Below are positions 37,110 to 46,580 of a DNA stretch of 64,000 bases, in pieces. The notes under the pieces are model-generated. The model had not been told where the DNA came from, made no database searches, and saw only the letters and a list, made by a program, of their open reading frames with translations. The position numbers and the translations under genes were made by a program. This stretch comes from Patescibacteria group bacterium. GTDB taxonomy: Bacteria > Patescibacteriota > Minisyncoccia > Phycocordibacterales > Phycocordibacteraceae. Location: contig JBBTSV010000009.1 of the NCBI GenBank assembly GCA_038064595.1, positions 8,769-72,768 of the forward strand, written 5' to 3'. How positions within the stretch are numbered: the stretch's first letter is position 1; each line of letters starts with the position of its first letter.

Positions 37110-40100
37110 CTAGAGCGCGCGGGTGGTGCGGGTGGTGCTGGTGTAATCCGTCTGAGCAGGTGCTGGACGTGACGCCTGGAGATTTTTGATGTGAGCAAAC
37201 TTCTTCGATCCCATGAAGCCCGTACCTGCAGGTATGAGACGGCCGAGAATCACGTTCTCCTTGAGGCCGCGGAGACGATCTACCGAGCCGCGCAGCGCAG
37301 CATTGATGAGGATTTTGGTGGTCTGTTCGAAGGAAGCGGCCGAGAGGAATGACCGGCGCGAGAGGGCACTCTCCTTAATGCCCAACACGATATCGTGTGC
37401 CGTGGGCGGCATCTTGTTGGCATCATTCATCTCCTTAACTGCCTTCGCAAACTCCCAGTCTTCGACGACATCGCCGATCGAGTAGTCCGTGTCGCCGGCG
37501 TCCGTGATCTTTACGCGAGAGAACATCTGCTTCACCACCACCTCGAGGTGCTTACGGGAGACGGAGGCACCCTGAAGCTCATAGATCTTGGACGCTTCAG
37601 CGATGATGTATTCCTGAACCATCGCGCGGCCCGCATAGTCGAAGAGCTCGTCAAGATCAGCAGAACCGTCGGTGAGAATCTGACCCTTCTTGACTTCATC
37701 GCCCTCCTTCACCAAGGGAACGCGTGGATATGGCGCGAGATACTCGTACGCGGAACCATCCTTCTTACCCTGACCCGCTGTCGGTGCAACCACGATAACC
37801 TTCTCGCGACCCTCTTCCTTAATTTCAGAGACGATGCCGTCTGACTTAGAGACCACGGCCGGGTTCTTCGGCGCGCGCTTCTCAAACACTTCCTCCACGC
37901 GCGGGAGACCGCTCGTGATGTCACCGCCGACTGATGCCACGCCGCCGGCGTGGAAGGTGCGCATCGTGAGCTGCGTACCCGGCTCACCGATCGCTTGAGC
38001 AGCGACTGTCCCCACTGCCTCACCGAGATCAACGGGTTCTTGGGTGGTGAGATCCATACCATAGCAGGTCTGGCAGATGCCATAGCGCGTCTCACACGAC
38101 ATAGGCGAGCGTGCGACTACCGACGAAACCGATGAAGCGGCAAGCTTTTCTGCGTCTGCAATCGAGAGATAGTGTCCGGCGGTAAAGAGCGCTCCGCTCT
38201 CGTCCTTGACTTCTTCAGCAAGCACGCGCCCCCGGAGCGCTTCAGCGTAGTTAATCTGGATACCCGAAGCACTGACCCGATTAATCTTCACGCCTCGTTT
38301 CGTTCCACAATCGATCTCGGTCACAATCGAGTCTTGCGCGACGTCAAAGAGGCGGCGCGTGAGGTAGCCCGCCTTTGCCGTGCCGAGTGCGGTGTCAGTG
38401 AGACCTTTGCGCGCTCCGTGCGTTGACATGAAGTACTCGATGGGGTTGAGTCCTTCGATCATTGAGGAGATAATTGGCACTTCGATCGTTTCGCCCGCTG
38501 TGTTCTGGATGAGACCCTTCATACCGGCCATCTGGGTGAGGTTACCCAAGGTACCGCGCGCACCCGACTTCACCATGTCGGCCACCGAACCCATCGGATC
38601 AAGCTCCGCCGCCACTTTTTCCTCAACGAGCTGCTTCGCACCCTGCCACGTCTCGATCGCCATGCGACGCTTCTCCTCTTCAGAGAGGAGGCCGTTTTGA
38701 TAATCCTCCTGAATTTTCACCACCTTAGCCGCAGCTTCGGTAATAATGTCTGACTTTGCTTCAGGCACTGATACGTCATCTATTGACCACGAGATACCTG
38801 AGCGGGTTGCGTAGTCGAAGCCGAAGCGCTTCACCTTGTTGACGATATCGGGCACCGCATCGAGTCCATACCGAGCAATACAATCCGTGACAATACGAGC
38901 GAGCACCTTCTTGGTGATGGTCTCGTTCACAAACGGGTAATCCGCGGGGAGCACGGTGTTGAAGAGGAGCCGTCCGACCGTTGTTTCAAACGGACGTCCG
39001 TCAAACATCTTGTACTTCTCCTTCCCTGTAACTGGCAACACCTTGATCTTGGCGCGCAGGTCGATCGCGTTATATTCTGACGCGAGGATCGCGGAATTCG
39101 GTGACGAGAAATGCTTCCCTTCTCCCGTGAGACCATCGACCGCCTTCGTAAGCCAGTAGACGCCGAGAATGATGTCGAGTGGCTTCCCCGTGAGCACAAT
39201 CATGTCGCCGGAACCTGGCTTGAGGATATTTTTGTTGGCGCTCATGATGTGAGCTGCTTCCCACTGTGCCTCGTCAGAGAGCGGTACGTGCACGGCCATT
39301 TGGTCGCCGTCGAAGTCGGCATTAAACGCGTTACAGACGAGTGGGTGAAGCTGGATTGCGTCTCCTTCAATGAGGCGGGGGCGAAATGCTTGTATGCCTT
39401 GACGGTGGAGCGTCGGGGCGCGGTTGAGGAGGACATACTTGCCAGCAATAGCCTCTTCAAGCAACTCCCATACCTCTGCAACACCGTCTTCAATAAGACG
39501 ACCTGCGCCGCGTATGTTGAATGCAAGCTCGCGCGAAAGCAGGCCGGCGATGACAAACGGGCGGAAGAGCTCGAGCGCCATGTGCTTGGGGAGTCCGCAC
39601 TCATCAAGCTCGAGGTCGGGACCAACAACAATCACTGAGCGACCAGAGTAGTCAACGCGCTTACCGAGGAGATTCTGACGGAAGTAACCCTGCTTCCCTT
39701 TCAGGTAGTCAGCGAGGGACTTCAGCGGGCGACGCTGCGCCATGGTCATTGCGCCAGCAGCGGCACCACTCTTCCTGATCGAGTTGTCGAGCAAAGCGTC
39801 GACCGCCTCCTGGAGAATGCGCTTTTCATTTCGGAGGATCACCTCCGGCGCATGGATGTCAATCAGCTTCTTGAGACGATTGTTGCGGTTGATCACGCGA
39901 CGATAGAGGTCGTTCACGTCACTTGTTGCATGGCGACCGCCCTCAAGCGCGACCATCGGCCGCAGTGCCGGTGGGATCACCGGGATGCGTGTGAGGAAGA
40001 GCCACTCGGGACGGACGCCTGAAGCGATGAGCCCCGCAATAAGCGAGAGGCGCTTCGCGAGTTTCTCGCGCTCGGCCGCGCCTGCGTGCTCATAACGCGC

Positions 40101-40820
40101 CGCAAGCGTTTTCTCGAGTTCTTTCAGATCAAGTTTGCAGAAAATATCATAAATGGCCTCCGCGCCGATGCGTGCCTCAAAGAGACCGCCGTATTTGACC
40201 GAGAAGCGGTGGTACTCAAGCTCGTCGAGCACTCTGCCGATTACCATACCGTCAATCTCTGTCTTGGTGATGGTCATTTTCTCCTTGAGTGCATCACGCT
40301 CTTTGTCGCTCTCGAGCGACTTGTACTTTGACTTATATTCACTCTCGAGCTCAGAGAGAAGGCGCTTTTTCTCCTCTTCTGCAATCCTCGTCACGATGTA
40401 GCCGGCAAAGTAGACGACTTTTTCAATATCGGTGGCCGACGCTCCAAGCAGAAGTGCCATGCGACTCGGGACTGAACGAAGAAACCAAATGTGAGCGACG
40501 GGCGTACAGAGCTCGATGTGGCCCATGCGCTCGCGACGAACGATCGAGCGAGTGATCTCGACCCCACACTTGTCACAGACAATGCCTTTGTAGCGGATGC
40601 CTTTGTACTTACCGCAGTAACACTCATAGTCCTTTTCGGGACCAAAGATTTTCTCGTCAAAGAGTCCGTGCTTCTCCGAGCGCTGGGTGCGGTAGTTGAT
40701 GGTCTCCGGCTTGGTGACCTCTCCTGACGACCAAGCGAGAATACGCTCGGGAGATGCGAGAGCGAGGCGCAGTCCATTCCACGTATCACGCGGAGGAAGT
40801 TTGCGGGGGGTGAATGCCAT
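37110..40820 (-). CDS. rpoC: DNA-directed RNA polymerase subunit beta-prime
   Basis: NADFDGDQMAVH catalytic motif, zinc-binding Cys clusters, full length 1236 aa. Confidence 0.95.
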   Translation of the reverse strand: MAFTPRKLPPRDTWNGLRLALASPERILAWSSGEVTKPETINYRTQRSEKHGLFDEKIFGPEKDYECYCGKYKGIRYKGIVCDKCGVEITRSIVRRERMGHIELCTPVAHIWFLRSVPSRMALLLGASATDIEKVVYFAGYIVTRIAEEEKKRLLSELESEYKSKYKSLESDKERDALKEKMTITKTEIDGMVIGRVLDELEYHRFSVKYGGLFEARIGAEAIYDIFCKLDLKELEKTLAARYEHAGAAEREKLAKRLSLIAGLIASGVRPEWLFLTRIPVIPPALRPMVALEGGRHATSDVNDLYRRVINRNNRLKKLIDIHAPEVILRNEKRILQEAVDALLDNSIRKSGAAAGAMTMAQRRPLKSLADYLKGKQGYFRQNLLGKRVDYSGRSVIVVGPDLELDECGLPKHMALELFRPFVIAGLLSRELAFNIRGAGRLIEDGVAEVWELLEEAIAGKYVLLNRAPTLHRQGIQAFRPRLIEGDAIQLHPLVCNAFNADFDGDQMAVHVPLSDEAQWEAAHIMSANKNILKPGSGDMIVLTGKPLDIILGVYWLTKAVDGLTGEGKHFSSPNSAILASEYNAIDLRAKIKVLPVTGKEKYKMFDGRPFETTVGRLLFNTVLPADYPFVNETITKKVLARIVTDCIARYGLDAVPDIVNKVKRFGFDYATRSGISWSIDDVSVPEAKSDIITEAAAKVVKIQEDYQNGLLSEEEKRRMAIETWQGAKQLVEEKVAAELDPMGSVADMVKSGARGTLGNLTQMAGMKGLIQNTAGETIEVPIISSMIEGLNPIEYFMSTHGARKGLTDTALGTAKAGYLTRRLFDVAQDSIVTEIDCGTKRGVKINRVSASGIQINYAEALRGRVLAEEVKDESGALFTAGHYLSIADAEKLAASSVSSVVARSPMSCETRYGICQTCYGMDLTTQEPVDLGEAVGTVAAQAIGEPGTQLTMRTFHAGGVASVGGDITSGLPRVEEVFEKRAPKNPAVVSKSDGIVSEIKEEGREKVIVVAPTAGQGKKDGSAYEYLAPYPRVPLVKEGDEVKKGQILTDGSADLDELFDYAGRAMVQEYIIAEASKIYELQGASVSRKHLEVVVKQMFSRVKITDAGDTDYSIGDVVEDWEFAKAVKEMNDANKMPPTAHDIVLGIKESALSRRSFLSAASFEQTTKILINAALRGSVDRLRGLKENVILGRLIPAGTGFMGSKKFAHIKNLQASRPAPAQTDYTSTTRTTRAL

Positions 40821-40846
40821 GGTGGTGAAATTAGAAATGGATAGGA

Positions 40847-43800
40847 CTACTCAGCATCTGGCTCGGGTGGCAGGTTGAGTGGCTCAACATCAAGCGCGAG
40901 GCCGCGGATCTGATTGGTAAGAACCGCAAAGGACGCCGGCGTGCCTGAGTGACTAATCGGCTCGCCCTTCACAATAGCGTCAAAGGCTGCCGAACGGCCC
41001 TGAATATCGTCAGACTTGATGGTGAGCATTTCGCGGAGTGTGTACGCTGCGCCATACCCAAGCAGCGCCCACACTTCCATTTCACCAAAACGTTGCCCAC
41101 CGTTCTGTGCTTTACCGCCCAAGGGCTGTTGGGTGATAAGACTGTAGGGACCAATCGAGCGCATGTGGATCTTGTCTTCAACCATGTGATGGAGCTTCAA
41201 GATGTACATGTACCCAACCGCGATATGTTGTGCAAAGGCCGCACCCGTCCGTCCGTCAAAGAGCTGCATCTTACCGCCGCGATCAAAGCCCGCAGCTTCA
41301 AGCTCGTTACGGATCTCGTCAGGTGTCGCCCCAGCAAACGGCGGAACTACCGCTTGGTACCCTAGGGTGTGAGCAGCAAGCCCGAGGTGCATCTCGAGGA
41401 TTTGGCCGAGATTCATACGGCTCGGGACGCCAAGCGGGGTGAGAATGAGGTCGATTGGGTTCCCGTCTTTATCAAACGGCATATCGGCGATCGGGAGCAC
41501 TCGTGAGATCACTCCCTTGTTTCCGTGGCGACCTGCGAGCTTGTCACCCACTGAGACGTTGCGCACCTGCGCCACCGTCACCACAATCTTCTTGATGACA
41601 CCGCTCTCAAGCTGGTCTCCCTTCTCGCGTGAGAAGACCCGCACACCGATAGTACGTCCCCGCTTGCCTCCCTCCATGCGAAGACTGGTGTCCTTTACGT
41701 CCTTCGCCTTATCACCAAAGATGCTGCGCAGGAGGCGCTCCTCGGGCGTGAGCTGGGTCTCGCCCTTCGGCGTCACCTTACCGACGAGGATGTCACCTGG
41801 ACGTACCTCTGCACCAATGCGGATCACGCCCTCTTCATCAAGATTTTTGAGACGGAGCTCACCGACATTTGGAATATCGTGCGTCGTGGTCTCCGGACCG
41901 AGCTTGGTGTCGCGTACGACACACTCGAAATCTTCAATGTGCACGGTAGTAAACTTGGCTTCCTCCACGAGACGCTCTGAGATAATGATGGCATCCTCAT
42001 AGTTGGCACCACTCCAGCTCATGAAGGCAACGCGCACATTCTGACCGAGCGCGAGCTGACCATGATCGGTCGAGGAGTTATCGGCGAGCACATCACCTTT
42101 CTTGATCGTATCTCCAAGCACCACAGACGGGCGTTGCATGAAGGTTGAGTTCTGGTTGGTCTGGGTCAAGCCCTGGAGGCGATATTCTTTCTTTTTCCCC
42201 TCTTTGTTCTCGACGACAACCTTGCGCGCATCGACGTAGGAGACGGTACCGGACTCTGTGGCGACCACCAAGCGACCGGTACTCATTGCAGCGTGCTCCT
42301 CAATACCCGTCGCCACGAGCGGCGCTTCAGGAATGAGCACAGGAGTTGCCTGCTTTTGCATGTTAGAGCCCATCAGAGCACGGTTTGCGTCGTCGTGATC
42401 AACAAATGGGATCATGCAGGTTGCGATACTAAACATTTGATAGGTTGACGCGTCCATAAGCGTGATCTGTTCACGCGACACAATAATAGGGTCACCCTTG
42501 AAGCGCGCCTCGACCCGATCAGTGATGATCCGGTGTTGCTCGTCGAGCTGGGTCGCGCCGTGCGCAATGAGTTCAAGCTCTTCGTCGAGCGCGTTGAGAT
42601 ACACAATCTCTTCTGTCACTTTCCCGTTCTTCACCTTGGCGTATGGAGTCTCAATAACGCCAAAGTCATTGGTACGCGCGTGGGTCGCCAGGCGCAAAAT
42701 GAGACCAATGTTTTGTCCTTCTGGGGTGTGGATGGGACACAGGCGACCGTAGTGAGAAGGGTGCACGTCACGCACCTCAAAGCCTGCACGCTCGCGCGTG
42801 AGACCGCCCGGCCCGAGCGCGGAGAGGGTGCGCATATTCTCGAGCTCCGCGAGAATATTCTGCTGATCCATAAACTGCGAGAGTTGGTTAGCCGTGAAGA
42901 ACTCATGCACCGACGCGTGGAACGGGCGCGGATTCACAAGTGCCATCGGGAGTGTGGTCTCGCTCTCGATTGTCGACATGCGGTCTTGGATGTTGCGCTT
43001 CATGCGGCTCATGCCGACCCGCATGCGCGCCTGTAAGAGCTCGCCGACAAAGCGTACGCGACGGAACCCAAGGTGATCGATGTCATCTGGGCGCGCATGC
43101 GGGTCGGCATTGAGCTTCGTAATCTCTGAAATGATGCGGACGAAGTCAGCGAGCGTGAGGACACGCTTCTCGAGTGCTTTCTCGGTGGTGGGGAGACCAA
43201 AGCGAGAGTTAAGACGGTGACGCCCCACCTTACCGAGGTCGTAACGTTCAGCCGAGAAGAGCGACTGAACGAAGTTCTTTGCGTTTTCAGGGGTCGCGAG
43301 ATCGCCATCGCGCATACGGCGATGGATCTCGATATACGCTTCCTCAACCGACTTCGCCTCCTCATGCTCAAGAGTCGCCTTAATAGCGGCAAGTGCGAGC
43401 GGGTCGTTGGCAAAGTGCTTAGTGACCGCCTCGCCCACGCCACCACCAAAGACCGTGAGGAGTTCAGTGATTGGAAACTTGCGCTTACGATCGATCTTCA
43501 CAAAGATCGCGCCATCTGCTTCAGAGTCAAACTCGATCCATACCCCGCGAAGCGGGATGATCTTAGCGCCAAAGAAGGGCTTCCCGCGCAAGAGTTCAGA
43601 AACAAAAAATACCCCAAAGCTTCGTGCAAGCTGTGGGACAATCGCACGCTCCACCCCCGAAACGATGAATGAGCCGTGTGGCGTCATCATCGGCATGTCA
43701 GCAAGGAAGATCTCCTGTGACTTCTCCGAGCCGAGCGTCTTATTAATGAGCTTCACGGTCGCTTTGACTGGAGCCTCATAGGTGCGCATATTCTGACGCG

Positions 43801-44026
43801 CGAAATCCTCATCATACTTTGGCTCACCCACTTCAAACTTCTCAAACTGGAGTTCAAACTTTTTACCCGAGTAGTCGGTAATAGGCGAGAACTCACGGAA
43901 CAATTCCGCGAGACCGTCCTTAAGCAACCAGTCGAAGGAGCCACGCTGGTGGCCGACGAGGTCAGGGAACGACACCTTGGGAGCCCGGTACGCACCAAAG
44001 GTCTTCTGCACGAGGTTCTTGCGCAT
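40847..44026 (-). CDS. rpoB: DNA-directed RNA polymerase subunit beta
   Basis: Conserved GRHGNKGV, rifampicin-region and fork-loop motifs; length 1059 aa. Confidence 0.95.
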   Translation of the reverse strand: MRKNLVQKTFGAYRAPKVSFPDLVGHQRGSFDWLLKDGLAELFREFSPITDYSGKKFELQFEKFEVGEPKYDEDFARQNMRTYEAPVKATVKLINKTLGSEKSQEIFLADMPMMTPHGSFIVSGVERAIVPQLARSFGVFFVSELLRGKPFFGAKIIPLRGVWIEFDSEADGAIFVKIDRKRKFPITELLTVFGGGVGEAVTKHFANDPLALAAIKATLEHEEAKSVEEAYIEIHRRMRDGDLATPENAKNFVQSLFSAERYDLGKVGRHRLNSRFGLPTTEKALEKRVLTLADFVRIISEITKLNADPHARPDDIDHLGFRRVRFVGELLQARMRVGMSRMKRNIQDRMSTIESETTLPMALVNPRPFHASVHEFFTANQLSQFMDQQNILAELENMRTLSALGPGGLTRERAGFEVRDVHPSHYGRLCPIHTPEGQNIGLILRLATHARTNDFGVIETPYAKVKNGKVTEEIVYLNALDEELELIAHGATQLDEQHRIITDRVEARFKGDPIIVSREQITLMDASTYQMFSIATCMIPFVDHDDANRALMGSNMQKQATPVLIPEAPLVATGIEEHAAMSTGRLVVATESGTVSYVDARKVVVENKEGKKKEYRLQGLTQTNQNSTFMQRPSVVLGDTIKKGDVLADNSSTDHGQLALGQNVRVAFMSWSGANYEDAIIISERLVEEAKFTTVHIEDFECVVRDTKLGPETTTHDIPNVGELRLKNLDEEGVIRIGAEVRPGDILVGKVTPKGETQLTPEERLLRSIFGDKAKDVKDTSLRMEGGKRGRTIGVRVFSREKGDQLESGVIKKIVVTVAQVRNVSVGDKLAGRHGNKGVISRVLPIADMPFDKDGNPIDLILTPLGVPSRMNLGQILEMHLGLAAHTLGYQAVVPPFAGATPDEIRNELEAAGFDRGGKMQLFDGRTGAAFAQHIAVGYMYILKLHHMVEDKIHMRSIGPYSLITQQPLGGKAQNGGQRFGEMEVWALLGYGAAYTLREMLTIKSDDIQGRSAAFDAIVKGEPISHSGTPASFAVLTNQIRGLALDVEPLNLPPEPDAE

Positions 44027-44222
44027 GTGAGTTTTGCGTGAAGTAATAATTTCTCTATATATAAATGCGAACGCACGAAGGACTTCCCTCGCTTGTGCGT
44101 TTCTTCAGTTCCCGCTATAAATCTTGCTCACCCCCTCACATCGTAACTCAGTCGTATCTTGTATCAGCAGAGTACCACCCCTACTCCACCCATGCAACCC
44201 CCTATGGGGATAAGCAAAACCC

Positions 44223-44528
44223 CTACTTCTCGCCTGTCTTTGCGTCGTCCGACCCGGATTGAAAATCTTCAACCGAGAACGGGCTCTTCATGCCTGGCGT
44301 CCAGTCCTCGACTTTGATTTCCCCATCAGTCTTTTCATACTCACCTACGTTATAGGCAATGAGTTGGGAGAATCGCTTCATATGTTCGGGAGTAAATGCA
44401 AAGACTTGCGCATTCGCCCCAGACAGTATTGCTAGTAGGATTGTCTTACCAGCATTGCCACGCATCACTGCCACATTGGTGTCGTCTGCAAACTGCTTCG
44501 GCGCACTTCTCCAAAATTGTTCATTCAT
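44223..44528 (-). CDS. Hypothetical small protein (101 aa) downstream of repeated promoter module copy B
   Basis: ORF from the internal ATG (MNEQFWRSAPKQ...), because the predicted transcription start of module B lies downstream of the longer ORF's start. Contains a P-loop-like GNAGKT but has no assignable family. Confidence 0.3.
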   Translation of the reverse strand: MNEQFWRSAPKQFADDTNVAVMRGNAGKTILLAILSGANAQVFAFTPEHMKRFSQLIAYNVGEYEKTDGEIKVEDWTPGMKSPFSVEDFQSGSDDAKTGEK

Positions 44529-44595
44529 ATATATCAATTGGCTGATAACTCGATCTGCCGAAATCACATACGTCCTCGTACGATTTGACCTTACT

Positions 44596-44737
44596 ACTAT
44601 CACCTTTTACTGCACCCCGCGTCAACCTCTGCGCAATGGTTCACACCCCCTTGGCTCGCAAAACGCGGTGCGCTGCTGCTGGTATGATATATCATACCTT
44701 TTCCCTGATCGACTTAGGGACTTACGATGTCCCTATA
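44596..44737 (-). repeat. Promoter-containing repeated module, copy B
   Basis: Shares the -35 TTGAC, gaacca, gcgttttgcg, GGTATGATATATCATACC palindrome and GGGACTTACGATGTCC motif with copy A at 1859-1976. Confidence 0.8.
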
Positions 44738-45025
44738 AAAGCGCACCGCCCCGGGTGGGGCGGCGTGGCGCACAAGGTCGATCACCGTTTAGTCTTCTTA
44801 TTGTTCGGCGTGACCGACTTCTTGGCACGGCTCTTTGCCGCTGCGAAATCACCAACGTAGACGCTGACGAGGCGACGCACGCCCGAATCAGGATGATTCA
44901 TCTTGTCGAACATCCTCGCCTCGTGTGCGAGTGAAGGAACTCCTTTTGCCATGGCGAACTCCTTTGGTTGACACGTCTGGGCCTGCGAACAGGCTTGGGG
45001 ATTAGTTTACCACTCAAAACGCGAA

Positions 45026-45694
45026 TTATTTCTTCTCGCGCCACTTTTCAATCTCGGCGTGGTGGCCGGTTTGGAGGACTTTTGGCACGCGATAATTCTT
45101 CTTTTTGTATGAAATAGTTTCTGGCCGGGTGTAGACGGCACTTGACGCGACGCGACGCTCCTCGACGGAGGCGTCCTTACCGAGAACGCCCGGGAGCCGG
45201 CGCGTCACCGCGTCGACTACCGCGAGCGCCGGTAATTCCCCACCCGTGTAGACCGCCTCGCCCACGGCATACTCCTTCACTGGCGCGAGGGTCTTGAGGA
45301 TTTTCTTGGCGCGCTCATCGATCCCCTCGTAGCGGCCGCATACGAGGATCACGTCGCTATACTTTTTTATAAGCGCGTCAGCGTCTTTATTGGTGAACTG
45401 CTTCGCGCTCGGGCTGAACCACACAATCACCGATTTCTTCAACTTGGGGGTCCGACCCCCAAGTGATTTCTGAACGGCTTTGACTACGGGAAGCGCCATC
45501 ATCACCATCCCGGGGCCCCCGCCGTAGGGCTTTTCATCTACTTTCTTGTAGCTCCCTGCAGGGCCCGCGACGAAGTCGCGGGGGTTCTGATACTTCACCA
45601 CTATCTTCTTCTCCTTACGCGCACGTCCGATAATCGACGCGCCCAAATATGCGTCGCACGCTTCTTCAAAAAGAGTGACGAGATGGAATCTCAC
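45026..45694 (-). CDS. trmD: tRNA (guanine37-N1)-methyltransferase
   Basis: SPOUT-fold TrmD motifs (VILVCGRYEGIDERA, GGELPALAVVDAV). Contains an in-frame 21-nt P1 palindrome encoding LGGRTPK. Confidence 0.85.
   Translation of the reverse strand: MRFHLVTLFEEACDAYLGASIIGRARKEKKIVVKYQNPRDFVAGPAGSYKKVDEKPYGGGPGMVMMALPVVKAVQKSLGGRTPKLKKSVIVWFSPSAKQFTNKDADALIKKYSDVILVCGRYEGIDERAKKILKTLAPVKEYAVGEAVYTGGELPALAVVDAVTRRLPGVLGKDASVEERRVASSAVYTRPETISYKKKNYRVPKVLQTGHHAEIEKWREKK
45442..45462. repeat. P1 palindromic element copy c, in frame inside trmD
   Basis: cttgggggtccgacccccaag. Confidence 0.9.
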
Positions 45695-46011
45695 AGCGAG
45701 AGTTCGTCGACCACTTGGTCGACGGTCTTATGCTCGGAAGTAGTCGGGATCTCGCGCTTGCCGCCCACCGGCTCGTTGATCTTGAGGCTGACGCGCGCAT
45801 TGTGCTTCATGCCAAAAACGCGCAGAAGCGGGCGCAGTGCCAGCGTGGCGAGCTTGCCGTCTTTTCCAATAATCCGACCCATGTCGTCGGGGTGGACCGT
45901 AAGGGTGAGGAGGACGCCCAGGTTGTCGGCCGTGCGCTCGATCACTACCGCCTCAGGGTGGTCAACGAGTGCCTTGATGACATAGTCGAGAAATGCATGT
46001 TCCGGTTCCAT
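45691..46011 (-). CDS. KH-domain RNA-binding protein (YlqC-like)
   Basis: GRIIGKDGK GXXG loop of the KH fold; conserved position between rpsP and trmD. Confidence 0.75.
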   Translation of the reverse strand: MEPEHAFLDYVIKALVDHPEAVVIERTADNLGVLLTLTVHPDDMGRIIGKDGKLATLALRPLLRVFGMKHNARVSLKINEPVGGKREIPTTSEHKTVDQVVDELSL

Positions 46012-46044
46012 ATTGAGAATAGTAGCACCGCCTGTAGCGGTGTT

Positions 46045-46533
46045 TTATGCAGCAGGAGTTTCCTCTGCAACCGGCGTGACCTCTGGTGCAGGTTCTGCCT
46101 CTGCGACGACTTCAGCCTCAGTCGGCATTTCTACCGGAGCTTCAGCGGCAGGAGCTTCCTCAACTGCCGGTGCTTCTGCGGCGACCTTCTCTGCAGCAGT
46201 AGCGTCAGCAACGGCCTTGGCCGCCGCTGCCTCCTCGGCGATCTTTGCCTCATTCTTCTGCGGACTCTTCTTGGGAAGGACATTCACCTTCTTGCCCGCA
46301 ATCACCCCCTTGTTCACTAGGAGATTGTGGATCGAGTCGGTCGGCTGGGCCCCTTTGCTGATCCAGTGCTTGACCTGCTCCTCGTCGAGGGTGAGCGCCT
46401 TGCTGCGCGGATTGTAGGTACCGAGGAGCTCGACGATATTGCCCGCCTTGGCAGCGCGCTCTTTCTCGAGGACGACAATGCGAAACGCCGGATCATTGGT
46501 CCGGCCGATGCGCTGGAATCGAATCATCAACAT
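46045..46533 (-). CDS. rpsP: 30S ribosomal protein S16 with about 80-aa Ala/Glu/Pro-rich C-terminal extension
   Basis: MLMIRFQRIGRTNDPAFRIVV...LGTYNPR S16 signature. C-terminal tail AAEKVAAEAPAVEEAPAAEAPVE... Confidence 0.85.
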   Translation of the reverse strand: MLMIRFQRIGRTNDPAFRIVVLEKERAAKAGNIVELLGTYNPRSKALTLDEEQVKHWISKGAQPTDSIHNLLVNKGVIAGKKVNVLPKKSPQKNEAKIAEEAAAAKAVADATAAEKVAAEAPAVEEAPAAEAPVEMPTEAEVVAEAEPAPEVTPVAEETPAA

Positions 46534-46580
46534 GAGAGCGACTATAGCAGAAGGCGCATAATATTGCTAGAGTACGGGAA

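Noticed and set aside
44775-44953. 57-aa minus-strand ORF (MAKGVPSLAHEARMFDKMNHPDSGVRRLVSV...) downstream of trmD, where rplS is expected.
   Set aside because: No match to bL19 or other small r-protein signatures, so it is not called. It could be a real small protein.
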